From Nanobdellota archaeon (GTDB lineage: Archaea; Nanobdellota; Nanobdellia; Woesearchaeales; UBA583), in assembly GCA_022565615.1 (NCBI GenBank), contig JAIUMM010000001.1:11680-75679 (forward strand): a stretch of 64,000 nt of DNA. The letters are read 5' to 3'. The translations under genes were made by a program, and so were the position numbers. The notes beneath the pieces were generated by a model that had not been told where the DNA came from, searched no databases, and was given only the letters and a program-made list of their open reading frames with translations. Below, one piece after another: positions 19,280 through 30,185 of this stretch; positions within the stretch are counted from its first letter, which is position 1, and the number at the start of each line of letters is the position of its first letter.

Positions 19280-19939
19280 CTATTTTCTGTTAATTGTAAT
19301 TTCACTTACTTCCATATTCTTTGGAAGTTGTAATATTGTTATCATCAACTCAGCTAAATCTCTAGGTTCCATCCATTCATCTCCCAACTCTATTTTTTGA
19401 TTTGTTGCTTTTTCAAAAATTCGACTTTTAAACCCCCCAGGATTAAAACCAATAACTCTACATTTTGTTTTCTTAAGTTCTAATTGTAGATTTTGTGTTA
19501 CTCCTCTTATACCCCATTTTGAAGCACCATATGCTAGTTGTTCTTCATATGCTTTAAGTCCCACTGTTGAGCTCACATTTACAATATCTGCTTGATTTTG
19601 TTTAATAAGAGTAATGAGTTTACTGGTAAGAAACGCAGGTGCTAGAACATTTACTTTAAATACTTCTTCTAGTTTTTCATACGAAATATTTTCAAGTTTA
19701 GAGATACTTAAAATTCCAGCACAATTAATTAAGGCATCAAAAGAGGAGTGGTTATCTTCTATTTTTTTTACAACTTCAATAATTTGGTTTTTATTAGTTA
19801 AATCAACAGAGTAATGAGTAACATCTAATTTAGGTTTTATTCTAGAAATTCCAACTACTTCAATTCCAAGTTTAATACACTTTTTAGCAACTTCAAATCC
19901 TAAACCTTCACTCACTCCTGTAACAATTATCTTTTTCAT
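19280..19939 (-). CDS. Short-chain dehydrogenase/reductase
   Basis: TGVSEGLG, NCAG, SS and YGASK. Confidence 0.93.
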   Translation of the reverse strand: MKKIIVTGVSEGLGFEVAKKCIKLGIEVVGISRIKPKLDVTHYSVDLTNKNQIIEVVKKIEDNHSSFDALINCAGILSISKLENISYEKLEEVFKVNVLAPAFLTSKLITLIKQNQADIVNVSSTVGLKAYEEQLAYGASKWGIRGVTQNLQLELKKTKCRVIGFNPGGFKSRIFEKATNQKIELGDEWMEPRDLAELMITILQLPKNMEVSEITINRK

Positions 19940-20219
19940 AATTAATTAGTATGAATAGTATTTATTAAAGTATGTTTTAGGAAAATTATTTATTTTTATT
20001 ATTGACAAATTCAAAAAATCTATTCTTAAATAAGCTTTAGACACAAGTTCTTTAATTTCTATTTCTAAATTAGGATTTTATTTATTTCTTTTAAAAAATA
20101 TTATAATTTTTTTCAATAGTTTCTTTACTCTCTTTTCCCATAATATTTTTAAAAAATCAATATTTATAAATTTTAACTTGAAAATATATACAAGTTTTGC
20201 AACGCAAAACTTAGAGTTA

Positions 20220-22175
20220 TTAGAATTCTCCGAATTCTCTTCTACTTCCATCGTCTTTTCCAAGTCTAATACTATCTAAATTATCAGGAGTATACACTCT
20301 AGATTCTGGATACAATTTTCTAATCACTTCAGCATAAAATTTAATCTTACTAGGCTCTCCATGATTTAGAATAAATTGTTGAGGTCTCACACTTAAAGTT
20401 TGTAAGAATTTTTTAGAGGAGTATAAATCACTGTGACCTGAAAATGCTCCTCTCATTTGTTCAACTCTTAAATTAACTTTTAATCTATCATCATAATTAC
20501 CAGTATTACTAATTAAAATATCTTTCTCACCATCTTTAACCTTTCTACCCAATGTACCATTAGCTTGATAACCTACAAAAATAATCATATTCTTCTCATC
20601 AGGAGCAAAGTGTTTAAAGTATTCAACTGAAGACCCTCCATTCATCATACCTGAAGTTGCAAGAACAACACAAGGCTCAGTACTTTCAAGAATTTCTTGT
20701 CTTCTTTGATGAGAACTTACTTGTTCAAAGTTTTCAAGTAAAAATGGATTATCTCCTCTTAAAATTCTATTTCTTAATTGATGATTCAAAAATTCAGGAT
20801 ATGCTGTGTGAATTGCTGTCACTTCTCCAACCATTCCATCAATATATACTTTCAAATTTTTAGGAAGTCTTTCTTCTTCAATCAAATGAGCAATAGTTAA
20901 AAGCATCTCTTGAGAACGTCCAATACCAAACACAGGAATTAACACTTTACCACCATTAACATACGCATCAAGTAATAACTTTAAAAATTCCTCTTCTCCC
21001 TCCTCTCTTGCTAAAGACTGATCTTTAGGACCACAATTAGTTGCTTCAAGAGTCATACTCTCAAGTCTTGGAAAGTTAGTATGTGCTCTATTGAGTAATC
21101 TTTGCTTATTAGAAAAATTAAAGTCAGCACCATACATAAAATTATGAATCCCATTTCCAATATTTACATGACAAAATGCTGATCCAATAATATGTCCTGC
21201 GTTATATAAAGTAAGTCTAATATCAGGTGCAACATCTGTCACTTCTTCATAATCAAGAGTAATTACATGTTTTAACATCTCTTTAATATCTTCAACCTTA
21301 TACAAAGGAGCAGCAGTATTACTATCATTAGTCCAAATTTTTACAGTATCAATTAATGATAGAGCCATAATATCACGAGTAGGCTCAGTACAATAAATAG
21401 GTCCTTTATACCCAATTTTATACAAATAAGGAAGTAATCCAACATGATCAATGTGTGCGTGTGATACAACAACAGCGTCAATATCTTCAATTTTAAAATC
21501 TGGAGAATCTAAAATAGGATACTCATTAGGATCACCATGAGGAACAGCAGGGTCAATTCCACAATCAAATAAAATTCTACTCTCACTAGTTTGTAAATAC
21601 CAAGCAGAACGTCCAATTTGAAGACCTGAACCTAAAACTGTAACTCTTGACCAACCTTTAATTTTTCCACTCTTCCAACCTCCATAAATTCTTTTACCAA
21701 CATTATTTAAGAATTTTCTTCTATACTCACTTTCTTGAAATTCAACTGCTCTCATAGTATCAACAGTTAAAGACCTCATAGGAGGTTTTCTTCTAATATT
21801 TACACTCCAATGCGTATTTTCTTGAATAGTTCTCAAATTACTTCCACCTTGACCAACAGCTGAACCTACGTTATCAACTTCAAGAGTTAAACTAGAACGT
21901 GCACTATCAAATAAGAATTTATCAATTACAACATCAGGTAAAATCTCTTTAACTTTTTTCTCAGTCTCTTCTTCAGGAAGTAAAATAGAAGGGTCAGCTC
22001 TAAGTGCAATTCTTTTTTTAAACTTTTGAACAATTTGTCTTAGTTTATCTCTACCATTAAATAAAAATTCTTTATCAATTGTATATACAACAATATTTGC
22101 TGCTTCAAATTCAACTGATGAGACTTTATCCTTTGGCAATTCTTTTAAAATTTCGTCTAATAATTTAATATTCAT
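20220..22175 (-). CDS. fttA: Beta-CASP ribonuclease aCPSF1 / termination factor FttA
   Basis: N-terminal KH region, SHAHIDH, NAGHIIGSA, ATSGMMNGG, GYQANGTLG, FSGHSD and HGE. Confidence 0.96.
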   Translation of the reverse strand: MNIKLLDEILKELPKDKVSSVEFEAANIVVYTIDKEFLFNGRDKLRQIVQKFKKRIALRADPSILLPEEETEKKVKEILPDVVIDKFLFDSARSSLTLEVDNVGSAVGQGGSNLRTIQENTHWSVNIRRKPPMRSLTVDTMRAVEFQESEYRRKFLNNVGKRIYGGWKSGKIKGWSRVTVLGSGLQIGRSAWYLQTSESRILFDCGIDPAVPHGDPNEYPILDSPDFKIEDIDAVVVSHAHIDHVGLLPYLYKIGYKGPIYCTEPTRDIMALSLIDTVKIWTNDSNTAAPLYKVEDIKEMLKHVITLDYEEVTDVAPDIRLTLYNAGHIIGSAFCHVNIGNGIHNFMYGADFNFSNKQRLLNRAHTNFPRLESMTLEATNCGPKDQSLAREEGEEEFLKLLLDAYVNGGKVLIPVFGIGRSQEMLLTIAHLIEEERLPKNLKVYIDGMVGEVTAIHTAYPEFLNHQLRNRILRGDNPFLLENFEQVSSHQRRQEILESTEPCVVLATSGMMNGGSSVEYFKHFAPDEKNMIIFVGYQANGTLGRKVKDGEKDILISNTGNYDDRLKVNLRVEQMRGAFSGHSDLYSSKKFLQTLSVRPQQFILNHGEPSKIKFYAEVIRKLYPESRVYTPDNLDSIRLGKDDGSRREFGEF

Positions 22176-22480
22176 TTTTTAATTGTATTTTAATTATATT
22201 AATAATTTTAGTTCATTTGTATTCAACTTAAATCAAACTATTTTAATTTAATCATGAATTAAAATTACATTTCAAGTATTTTGTATAAGAATAGTAAAAC
22301 ACTATTTAAAGAACAATAATACTTATCAATTCTTGGTATAGAAATATATAAATCTACCAATTAAATATATTAGTGTAAATATATTTATAAATATTACTAA
22401 GATTATAAGAACATTCATTATTAAAAATATAAATTTATGAATTAAATAAAAACAATCAAATTAAAAACTATTTATAAAGC

Positions 22481-25321
22481 CTATTCAAATCCTACAATAT
22501 AATTATCAAGTAATGAAGAATTATTAGAATTTGAACTAATTGCATATGAAATTGAACTATTTTGCAAAGTTGGAACCTCAAATTCGAATAAATAACCTAC
22601 AAATAATGTATTTGAAACCATAGTTAAAAAATTATAGATTGGTGAAAATGAAGCAAAATTAAATAATTCATCAACAAAATCATAAATTTTAGTCTCAAAC
22701 GAATTTTCAAGAATTGGTGTAAATTCAATATCGACAATATAAATATTTGATGAATCAAAATTAATTTCTTTAGAAACTTGTGAGTGTGCATCTTCAATAA
22801 TTCTAATTGAAACTTGCTCCTCAATAATTGGAGATGAAGAGGTATTATATATAAATGTTAATGTATATAAACCTCTTCCAAAAAATTCTAAATTTCCATC
22901 CCATGTAAAGTTATTAGCACTTGTAAGAGTAGAAATATTTGAAGAATCACCATTCACGTACACTCCCACAAATTCTAGAGGAGCAGTTGAATTCAACTCA
23001 AGCGAGATTATTTGTGAGTTTAAAAATTTAGAATTATTAACAGGTTCAATAATGGTTATATTAAATTCTCCAATACCAATATTAAAATAGCGTATGGGGG
23101 TTGAAAATATTGCACCTCCACTATTAGTTGCTTGAGTAAAATATGAATAAGTTCCATTTGTAAGCTCAGAAGCATTGGTAAAAAATGTCCAATTATCAAT
23201 ATTTTTTTGTTTAAGCCTTGAATTATAATGAAATAAAATTTCATTTGAATTAAGAGCTCTTGTATATAGTTTAATTTCATCAATTAATCCATTTAAATTA
23301 TCTCCAGTTCTTGTACCAAACACATAATTAGGAGAATTTACAGAAATACTTGTTTGAGAATCAGAGCCTGTAGTTATAAGTTCTCCATTTTTATAAATTG
23401 AAGTATCTCCTGAATTAAATACAAATGCCCAATGATTCCAAACATTAGTTTCAAGTCCTCCAATAACATGGTGATTATTTCTCCAATCTCCTTCTAGATT
23501 CCACCTTAAACGCAAGATATCATTTCCAGTTGGAGATTGTGAACTTCCAAGCTCCACCAACACATTACCATCTCCCCATAAAAAATATTGATTTAATGAT
23601 AGTGAGTTTTGTTTAATCCAACCCATAATTGTTATTTGATTTTGATTACTAAATTCAGAAAAAGAAGGAATAGTCATTGAATGAGTACCACTTGAAAAGC
23701 TCAAAGCTGAACCATATACTCCCTCACTATTCCAACTTGCACCAGAAATAGTTGCATTATTTTGAAATCTTGAACTATCAACAGCAAGTGAATTAGTCTC
23801 TCCTATAAGAGAATTATTGTCTAAATTGAACATAGCAACAAGAGAATTGTCATATATTGAATATGAGTTCGAATTAAAATTAAATAAAAATTCACGTAAA
23901 AAATCTAATGGATTTGTAGAAATAGACAAATTAAGAAGAGTTGAATTTCCAATAATAGTTTGAAAATTATTAGGAGTTGGAGAATTAAAAGCTAAGTCAA
24001 TTTCTAAATCTTCACTAAGTGTAATTTTTCGAGTTTCAAGTGTCTCAAGTAAACTTCCATTTTGAGCAATTAAAGAAGCATTAAATTCATATTTTCCATA
24101 TTCTAAATTTGTAATATTTATAAAAGCAGGAAGTGAAGTAAAATTAAAACTTTCAATTATTCCTGAAGAATTATAAAGGTTAATTTGTATCGTTCTATTA
24201 TTTAAATTTAAAATTGTACTATTAATTTCAACAAAATTTTGAAAAAGAATTGAATCATTAAAAGGAGTTGGAAAAAAATATATAAATGAACTTCCAATAA
24301 CTATTGATCTCAATTCTGTTAAATTTGAAACAGTTGCATTTGAAATAGTTGCATTATAAAAAAATACTCCTGTTTGAAGTTGATTTTTTTGAGTTTGAAA
24401 CTTGAAAGAAGAAGAATTTATTTGTTCGAAATTACTATTAAATCTGTTCTGAATTTCACTCTCACTAAGAGCAATATCCCAAATTCTTACTTCATCAATA
24501 TACCCTTGCCAAGCTTGACCGTAATTTTTATTCAAAGTACCAATTGTTAAATCTGAATTACTATTTCGTGGAATTGAAGTTTGTGAAGAAGCAGTTGTAG
24601 CAACTAATTGTCCATTATAATAAAATCTTTTTCTCTGAGAACTTGGAGCAGTTCCATCAAATGTTACAGTTAAATGAACCCATTGATTTTGTGGAAGAGA
24701 AACACCAGAATTATGTCTATCTCCAATAACATCAAAATTAATATGTCCATTAGTAAAAGAAAAAATACTCCAAGAACGTCCATTAGTTCCAGTTCCAATT
24801 CTCTTTGATGCAATTCCTCTTGCTTGAGTATCACTAAATTCTCTAAATACCCATGCTTCAAATGTAAATTGTGTCATATCATCTAAACTTTCATCATCAG
24901 GGATTTCAATCCAATCATTAGTTCCATCAAAATATACCGAATTTCCTCCAAATCTTGAAAAATTTGAAAATACAGCATCTCCTACTAAAAATCCGTTATT
25001 TGAGTATAATGATGAATCAACCACATTTGAAGAATTTTCATTAATTTGAGAATTATTATTTAAATTTAACATTAGAACTAAATTTTCAGAATAATAAATT
25101 TCTTCTTCCAAGTTCCAACTAAATATAAAATCAGTAAACTTAAAAGAACTTATATTTAAAGTAATTGAAACATTTGAATTTTCATCAAGAACTGTTAAAT
25201 CATCAGGAGTTGGAGGGGTAAAAATAATTGATGAGAATATAAATTGAAGTGAGAAAAATAATAATATGAGTAGAAGTATATTAAAACTTTTTATATATTT
25301 GAATAAATCTGAAATTTTCAT
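22481..25321 (-). CDS. Secreted surface protein with two LamG-like (concanavalin-A fold) domains
   Basis: N-terminal hydrophobic helix and two FDG..W.H...F...Y.NG...G.IDEV/I repeats, with many N-x-S/T sequons. Start taken at ATG 25321. Confidence 0.88.
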   Translation of the reverse strand: MKISDLFKYIKSFNILLLILLFFSLQFIFSSIIFTPPTPDDLTVLDENSNVSITLNISSFKFTDFIFSWNLEEEIYYSENLVLMLNLNNNSQINENSSNVVDSSLYSNNGFLVGDAVFSNFSRFGGNSVYFDGTNDWIEIPDDESLDDMTQFTFEAWVFREFSDTQARGIASKRIGTGTNGRSWSIFSFTNGHINFDVIGDRHNSGVSLPQNQWVHLTVTFDGTAPSSQRKRFYYNGQLVATTASSQTSIPRNSNSDLTIGTLNKNYGQAWQGYIDEVRIWDIALSESEIQNRFNSNFEQINSSSFKFQTQKNQLQTGVFFYNATISNATVSNLTELRSIVIGSSFIYFFPTPFNDSILFQNFVEINSTILNLNNRTIQINLYNSSGIIESFNFTSLPAFINITNLEYGKYEFNASLIAQNGSLLETLETRKITLSEDLEIDLAFNSPTPNNFQTIIGNSTLLNLSISTNPLDFLREFLFNFNSNSYSIYDNSLVAMFNLDNNSLIGETNSLAVDSSRFQNNATISGASWNSEGVYGSALSFSSGTHSMTIPSFSEFSNQNQITIMGWIKQNSLSLNQYFLWGDGNVLVELGSSQSPTGNDILRLRWNLEGDWRNNHHVIGGLETNVWNHWAFVFNSGDTSIYKNGELITTGSDSQTSISVNSPNYVFGTRTGDNLNGLIDEIKLYTRALNSNEILFHYNSRLKQKNIDNWTFFTNASELTNGTYSYFTQATNSGGAIFSTPIRYFNIGIGEFNITIIEPVNNSKFLNSQIISLELNSTAPLEFVGVYVNGDSSNISTLTSANNFTWDGNLEFFGRGLYTLTFIYNTSSSPIIEEQVSIRIIEDAHSQVSKEINFDSSNIYIVDIEFTPILENSFETKIYDFVDELFNFASFSPIYNFLTMVSNTLFVGYLFEFEVPTLQNSSISYAISSNSNNSSLLDNYIVGFE

Positions 25322-25447
25322 TTTAGTATATTTTTTTAAATTTAAGAGTATAATTAGCAAAAATATATTTATTTTTTTAATATTTATAACTTAATGCCAG
25401 TAATTGTAGTACAAATCTTTAAATAAAAATAATTATATTTTATAATT

Positions 25448-27163
25448 ATGAAATCAATAATACTTGAACTTCTAAAAAAACATAATATTGAAATAGAAGA
25501 AAAATTACTTGAAGCTCCAAAACTAAAAGAACATGGAGATGTATCTCTTCCTTGTTTTATATTATCAAAGCAACTTGGAAAAAATCCTGCTCAAATAGCA
25601 AAAGAATTAGAAGAAGAATTTAATAAAAATAAACCTCAAGAATTATCAAAAATTCAAGCAACAGGGCCATTTTTAAATTTCACATTTAATCCTAGTGTTT
25701 ATGCAAAAGAATTAATCTCAAAATATTCTCAAAATCCAAAAGTAGAAGAATCTCAAAAAATAGTAATTGAATTCCCATCTCCAAACACGAATAAAAATCT
25801 TCATATTGGACACACTAGAAATATGCTAATTGGAAATTCTCTCTATCTTTTACTTAGTAAAGTAGGTCACAATGTTGTGACTACAAATTTGAATAATGAT
25901 AGAGGAATTTCAATTTGTTATGCAATGCTTGGATATCAAAAATTCAAGACTCAAGAAACACAAGAAAGTTTAAATCTAAAAAGTGATGAGTATGTTGCAT
26001 ATTTATATGCTAAAATTTCAAATATTATAAAAGAAGAAGAAAAAATTTCAGGAGAAGGAAACTCACCAGCATATAAAGAGGCAATGAATATGCTTGAGAA
26101 ATGGGAAGCAGGAGATGAACAAGTAAGAGAATTATGGAAAGAGGTATTAGAGTTAGTATATCAAGGATATACAAAAACATATCATAATTATAAATTACAT
26201 ACTTTTGATAAACAATTTTATGAAAGTGAAGTATATGATAAAGGAAGAGATTTGATTGAAAAAGCTCTAAAAGAGAAAGTTGAAGGAATATTTGAAGATG
26301 AAAGTGGTGCTATTGGAATTGATTTAGAAGATGTTAAATTAGGAACAAAATTCTTACTTCGTTCAAATAAAACTACATTGTATATGACACAAGATTTGTA
26401 TTTAGCTCAATTAAAAGAAGAATTATTTAGCCCAGATAAAAGTATTTTCATTGTAGGTCATGAACAGGAATATCATTTTAATGTACTCTTTGAAATTTTA
26501 AAGAGATTTAATTTAGGAGGATATGAAAAAAATTATCACTTTTCTTATGGATATGTATTTGATAAAGAAGGTAAAAAATTCTCATCTCGTGTTGGTAATA
26601 CAATTGGTGCTGATGAAGTATATGAGCTGTGTGTAAATAAAGCAAAAGAGAATTTAATGAGTAGAAATGCAAATTTATCACATGATGAACTTGAGAGAAG
26701 AGCACATATTATTGGATTTGGAGCTTTAGCATTTTACTTTTTAAAATCTGCTCCTACACATAGTATTAATTTTGATGTAGAACAAGCATTAAGTTTTGAA
26801 GGAGAAACAGGTCCTTATGTTCAATATTGTTATGCAAGAATTCAATCATTACTTAAAAGAGGAAAGTTTAATGTTCAAATGTTACAAGAAAGAGAATTAA
26901 ATTTTGACTCATCACATATTCCTTTATTAGAAAAGATTTCAAAGTATCCTGAAATGGTACTTGATTCAGCTCAAAAATATAAAATTTCTCAACTTGCACA
27001 TTATACAATGCAGTTATGTAAAGAATTCAATGAATTATATCAAACTACACAATTTATTGGACACGAAAAAGAATTTGAATTATTATACATATCTCATTTA
27101 ACAGCTCACACAATTAAAAAAACTCTAAGATTATTACATATAGATGTATTAGACGAGATGTAG
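25448..27163 (+). CDS. argS: Arginyl-tRNA synthetase
   Basis: SPNTNKNLHIGH, KFSSRVG, GETGPYVQYCYARIQS and the C-terminal LDEM. Confidence 0.98.
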   Translation: MKSIILELLKKHNIEIEEKLLEAPKLKEHGDVSLPCFILSKQLGKNPAQIAKELEEEFNKNKPQELSKIQATGPFLNFTFNPSVYAKELISKYSQNPKVEESQKIVIEFPSPNTNKNLHIGHTRNMLIGNSLYLLLSKVGHNVVTTNLNNDRGISICYAMLGYQKFKTQETQESLNLKSDEYVAYLYAKISNIIKEEEKISGEGNSPAYKEAMNMLEKWEAGDEQVRELWKEVLELVYQGYTKTYHNYKLHTFDKQFYESEVYDKGRDLIEKALKEKVEGIFEDESGAIGIDLEDVKLGTKFLLRSNKTTLYMTQDLYLAQLKEELFSPDKSIFIVGHEQEYHFNVLFEILKRFNLGGYEKNYHFSYGYVFDKEGKKFSSRVGNTIGADEVYELCVNKAKENLMSRNANLSHDELERRAHIIGFGALAFYFLKSAPTHSINFDVEQALSFEGETGPYVQYCYARIQSLLKRGKFNVQMLQERELNFDSSHIPLLEKISKYPEMVLDSAQKYKISQLAHYTMQLCKEFNELYQTTQFIGHEKEFELLYISHLTAHTIKKTLRLLHIDVLDEM

Positions 27164-27274
27164 AAGAAGATTTGAAATAATTTTTTTTAGTTATTTAGTT
27201 TTAGTTAATTTTTTAATAATTTTAAATAGAATGCTTTATAAACCATATTTATTATAAATTGAAAAAAATTAATA

Positions 27275-27688
27275 TTAATTTTTATTTTTTGATAAGGAAA
27301 ATTTACCACTACTTATCATTGAGAGAACAAGTAATCCTCCAATTACACTTAAATTTTTCAAAAATGCAATTAATTGTTCATCTCCAATGTGAAACATAAT
27401 TGAAGTTAAAAATGTATATACAATTAAAATATATGCCCCATATTTCATATTCCAACCTGTTAAAACAAGTAGAACTCCAATTACTTCCATTAAAATTGCA
27501 GCAATAAGTAAAACTTCCCCACTTAGAAATGGAAGAGTAGCTGTAATCCAGGAAGAACCTGCAAACCCTGCTTGAGCAGAGAATGCAGTAATTTTACCAA
27601 ATGCACTCATAGCAAATAATCCTACAATGAAAATTCTTGCAATGAGAATTTGAATATCATATGAAATAGTTTTAGTATTCATGTACAT
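27275..27688 (-). CDS. DoxX-family membrane protein
   Basis: ARI...F..S..GKI and FLKNLSVIGGLL; 4 TM helices. Confidence 0.9.
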   Translation of the reverse strand: MYMNTKTISYDIQILIARIFIVGLFAMSAFGKITAFSAQAGFAGSSWITATLPFLSGEVLLIAAILMEVIGVLLVLTGWNMKYGAYILIVYTFLTSIMFHIGDEQLIAFLKNLSVIGGLLVLSMISSGKFSLSKNKN

Positions 27689-27744
27689 AAAATAAAATGA
27701 TTACAATTTATAAAGAAAAGTTTCCTTTTAGAAACTAGAACACA

Positions 27745-28920
27745 TTAATATTTAATTTTTATAACAAATATTAGTAAAACACTCAATGAAATACTAGCAA
27801 CTAAAAATAAATAATTTTCAGGAATTGAAGTTAAAAAGAATAATGCAAAAATTAAATTTCCAATAATTAGACCTAAAAAATTACAACTAGATTGAATTGG
27901 ATAATATTTTTCTTCATCTTTAAGAGAAGTTTTCTTAAAAAATAAAATTTCTCTAGTAGGCTCAATAAATGAATATCCAAGAGATGCTATAATTACTAAT
28001 ATTATTTTAATAGTGTAACTTTCAAAGAAGAAAGCTAGTCCTAAACTAATAATTGTAATTGAATAACCAATTAAAAATAAGTTTCTAAACTTAATCTTAT
28101 CACTTAATTTTGATGCATAATAGTCATTAAGTATTAGAGGAATAAAGCAAAGACTAATTACAAAACCAATCTCAGATGCACTATATCCTTCTTTAAACAT
28201 CATTAATGCAAAATAACTTTTAAAAGCCCAGTAAAAATGAATTCCACTTGATGTGAAATAAAGATTTCTATAAAAATCAATTTTTAAAAATAATTTTAAA
28301 TTAGAAATCACGTTTTTAAAATTTAAAGGTTCATTTTCATCTCTATTATCTTTAATATCAATATTGAACAATAATAGTAATCCAATACTTAAAAAAAAAG
28401 CAGATAAATAATAAATATATTCAATTGGATATGTAGATATTATAGCAGAAGCCAAAAAAATTGATAAAAAAAATCCAACATTAAAAAAACTAAACAATAT
28501 TCCTTCTTTTGAAGTTAATGAATCTTGGTCTAATGAATCTCTATACAATATGTTAAAACTTACAGTTCTAAAGCTTACAAATGTCATACCTAAAATAATG
28601 AATATTATAAATACACTAATACTATTAATTAATGGAATTATTATCGTTAATATAATTAAACTAATGATACTAAAATACAATAGTTTTTTTTCATGAAATT
28701 TTAGTAGAATTGGAGAAGCTAAATATGAACCTATAAATAAGGATAAGGAAATTAAAATATTAACTAAACCTACTAGAGAACTTCCTGCCATAAATTTTTC
28801 ATATAAATAAATTGCCATAGTTCCAACTACTATAGAATAAGAGAGAGTAAATAGAAAAAAGATAATTAATAATTCATTTTTTAATAAAAGTTCTCTATAT
28901 TTATAATGATGAACATACAT
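27745..28920 (-). CDS. MFS transporter
   Basis: About 12 TM helices in 391 aa, with an SKLSDKI loop motif. Confidence 0.82.
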   Translation of the reverse strand: MYVHHYKYRELLLKNELLIIFFLFTLSYSIVVGTMAIYLYEKFMAGSSLVGLVNILISLSLFIGSYLASPILLKFHEKKLLYFSIISLIILTIIIPLINSISVFIIFIILGMTFVSFRTVSFNILYRDSLDQDSLTSKEGILFSFFNVGFFLSIFLASAIISTYPIEYIYYLSAFFLSIGLLLLFNIDIKDNRDENEPLNFKNVISNLKLFLKIDFYRNLYFTSSGIHFYWAFKSYFALMMFKEGYSASEIGFVISLCFIPLILNDYYASKLSDKIKFRNLFLIGYSITIISLGLAFFFESYTIKIILVIIASLGYSFIEPTREILFFKKTSLKDEEKYYPIQSSCNFLGLIIGNLIFALFFLTSIPENYLFLVASISLSVLLIFVIKIKY

Positions 28921-28986
28921 ATAAAATTAAATCAAAAAAATTATTTATTAATTTTTGTAATTCTAAATTTAGAAATAATTAGAATT

Positions 28987-29174
28987 TTATTTCTTAGTTC
29001 CTCTTAAAATAGCAATCCTAACAACAATTAAAAATTCTTGTTTCAAGTAACAACAATTAAAAATTCTTGGAAGGTTAAAATCTTACTTTTGACCTCTTAA
29101 GATTTTAATTCTAACAAAAATAAAATATTTTTGAAAAATTGCTATTTCTTAGTTCCTCTTAAAATAGCTATTCT
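28987..29174. repeat. Duplicated 3' end of htpX enclosing a 22-bp direct repeat and hairpins
   Basis: 28987-29019 and 29142-29174 are 30/33 identical. TAACAACAATTAAAAATTCTTG occurs at 29019 and 29048. Hairpin TTAAAATCTTA...TAAGATTTTAA lies in between. Confidence 0.85.
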
Positions 29175-30095
29175 CTCTTCAATTGGAGGGTGAGTTGAAA
29201 ATAATTTACTCAAACCTCCTTTTTTCTTTCTAAATGGATTTGAAATAAACAAATGTGCTGTTGCATTATTTGCTCTCTCAATCATTGGATCAGGATCTCC
29301 TTTAATTTTTTCAAGAGCTGAAGCTAGTCCTTCAGGGTAACGTGTAAGTTCAGCACCTGTTGCATCTGCTAAATATTCTCTTTGTCTTGAAATTGCAAGT
29401 TTAATAAGTTGAGCTACAATTGGAGCTGTAATAATTAATATAAAATAAAATATAAATACAATAATCATAATTCTCCCATCTTTATTTCCTCCTCCACCTC
29501 CTCCTCCATGTCCTCCAAAGATAAACATTCTAAACAAAAAATCAGCAATAAATACTGTTGCACCAACAAGACCTGCAGCAAGTAGCATAATTCTAATATC
29601 ATAATTTTTAATATGTGCAATTTCATGAGCAATAACTCCCTCTAATTCTTGCCTATTTAATTTTTTAATTAATCCAGTTGTTACAACCACATATGATTTT
29701 TCAGGAGAAAAACCTGTTGCATATGCATTAAGTGATGGGTCTTCAATAATATAACACTTAGGAGGAGTCCTTAAACCAGCTGCAATTGAGAGAGCTTCAG
29801 TTGAGTGATACAAATGAGGATAATGTTCTCTTGAAGCTTCTTTTGCACCAGTTGATGAGAGAATCATATTTGAACCTATCCCCATAAAAATTAAAATATA
29901 GATTAAAGATACAAATACTGCAACACCAACTGAGATAAGAATTGAACCAATATTAAAAATTTCACCAGTATAACTCATAGATAAAATAGTTCCAGCAGCT
30001 GCTCCTAATAAAGCTACAAAAATAAAAAACATACCTATAATAAAAACAGATTTAATCCTATTTTTTCTAATTTCTTCATGAATATTTAATGACAC
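29142..30095 (-). CDS. htpX: HtpX-family (M48) membrane zinc metalloprotease
   Basis: NAYATG, AHEIAH, SRQREYLAD and FSTHPP; follows lemA. Confidence 0.96.
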   Translation of the reverse strand: MSLNIHEEIRKNRIKSVFIIGMFFIFVALLGAAAGTILSMSYTGEIFNIGSILISVGVAVFVSLIYILIFMGIGSNMILSSTGAKEASREHYPHLYHSTEALSIAAGLRTPPKCYIIEDPSLNAYATGFSPEKSYVVVTTGLIKKLNRQELEGVIAHEIAHIKNYDIRIMLLAAGLVGATVFIADFLFRMFIFGGHGGGGGGGNKDGRIMIIVFIFYFILIITAPIVAQLIKLAISRQREYLADATGAELTRYPEGLASALEKIKGDPDPMIERANNATAHLFISNPFRKKKGGLSKLFSTHPPIEERIAILRGTKK

Positions 30096-30185
30096 TTTTT
30101 ATCTTAGTTGTAAAATTTATAAAAATTAAATCTAATTTATTTTTTTTTAATAAATTGATATTTTTTTAAGTAAAAGCAAAGTTGA

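Noticed and set aside
29019-29133. Mini-CRISPR array from the 22-bp repeats
   Set aside because: Only two exact copies separated by 7 nt, no spacer-length unique sequence, and no cas genes.
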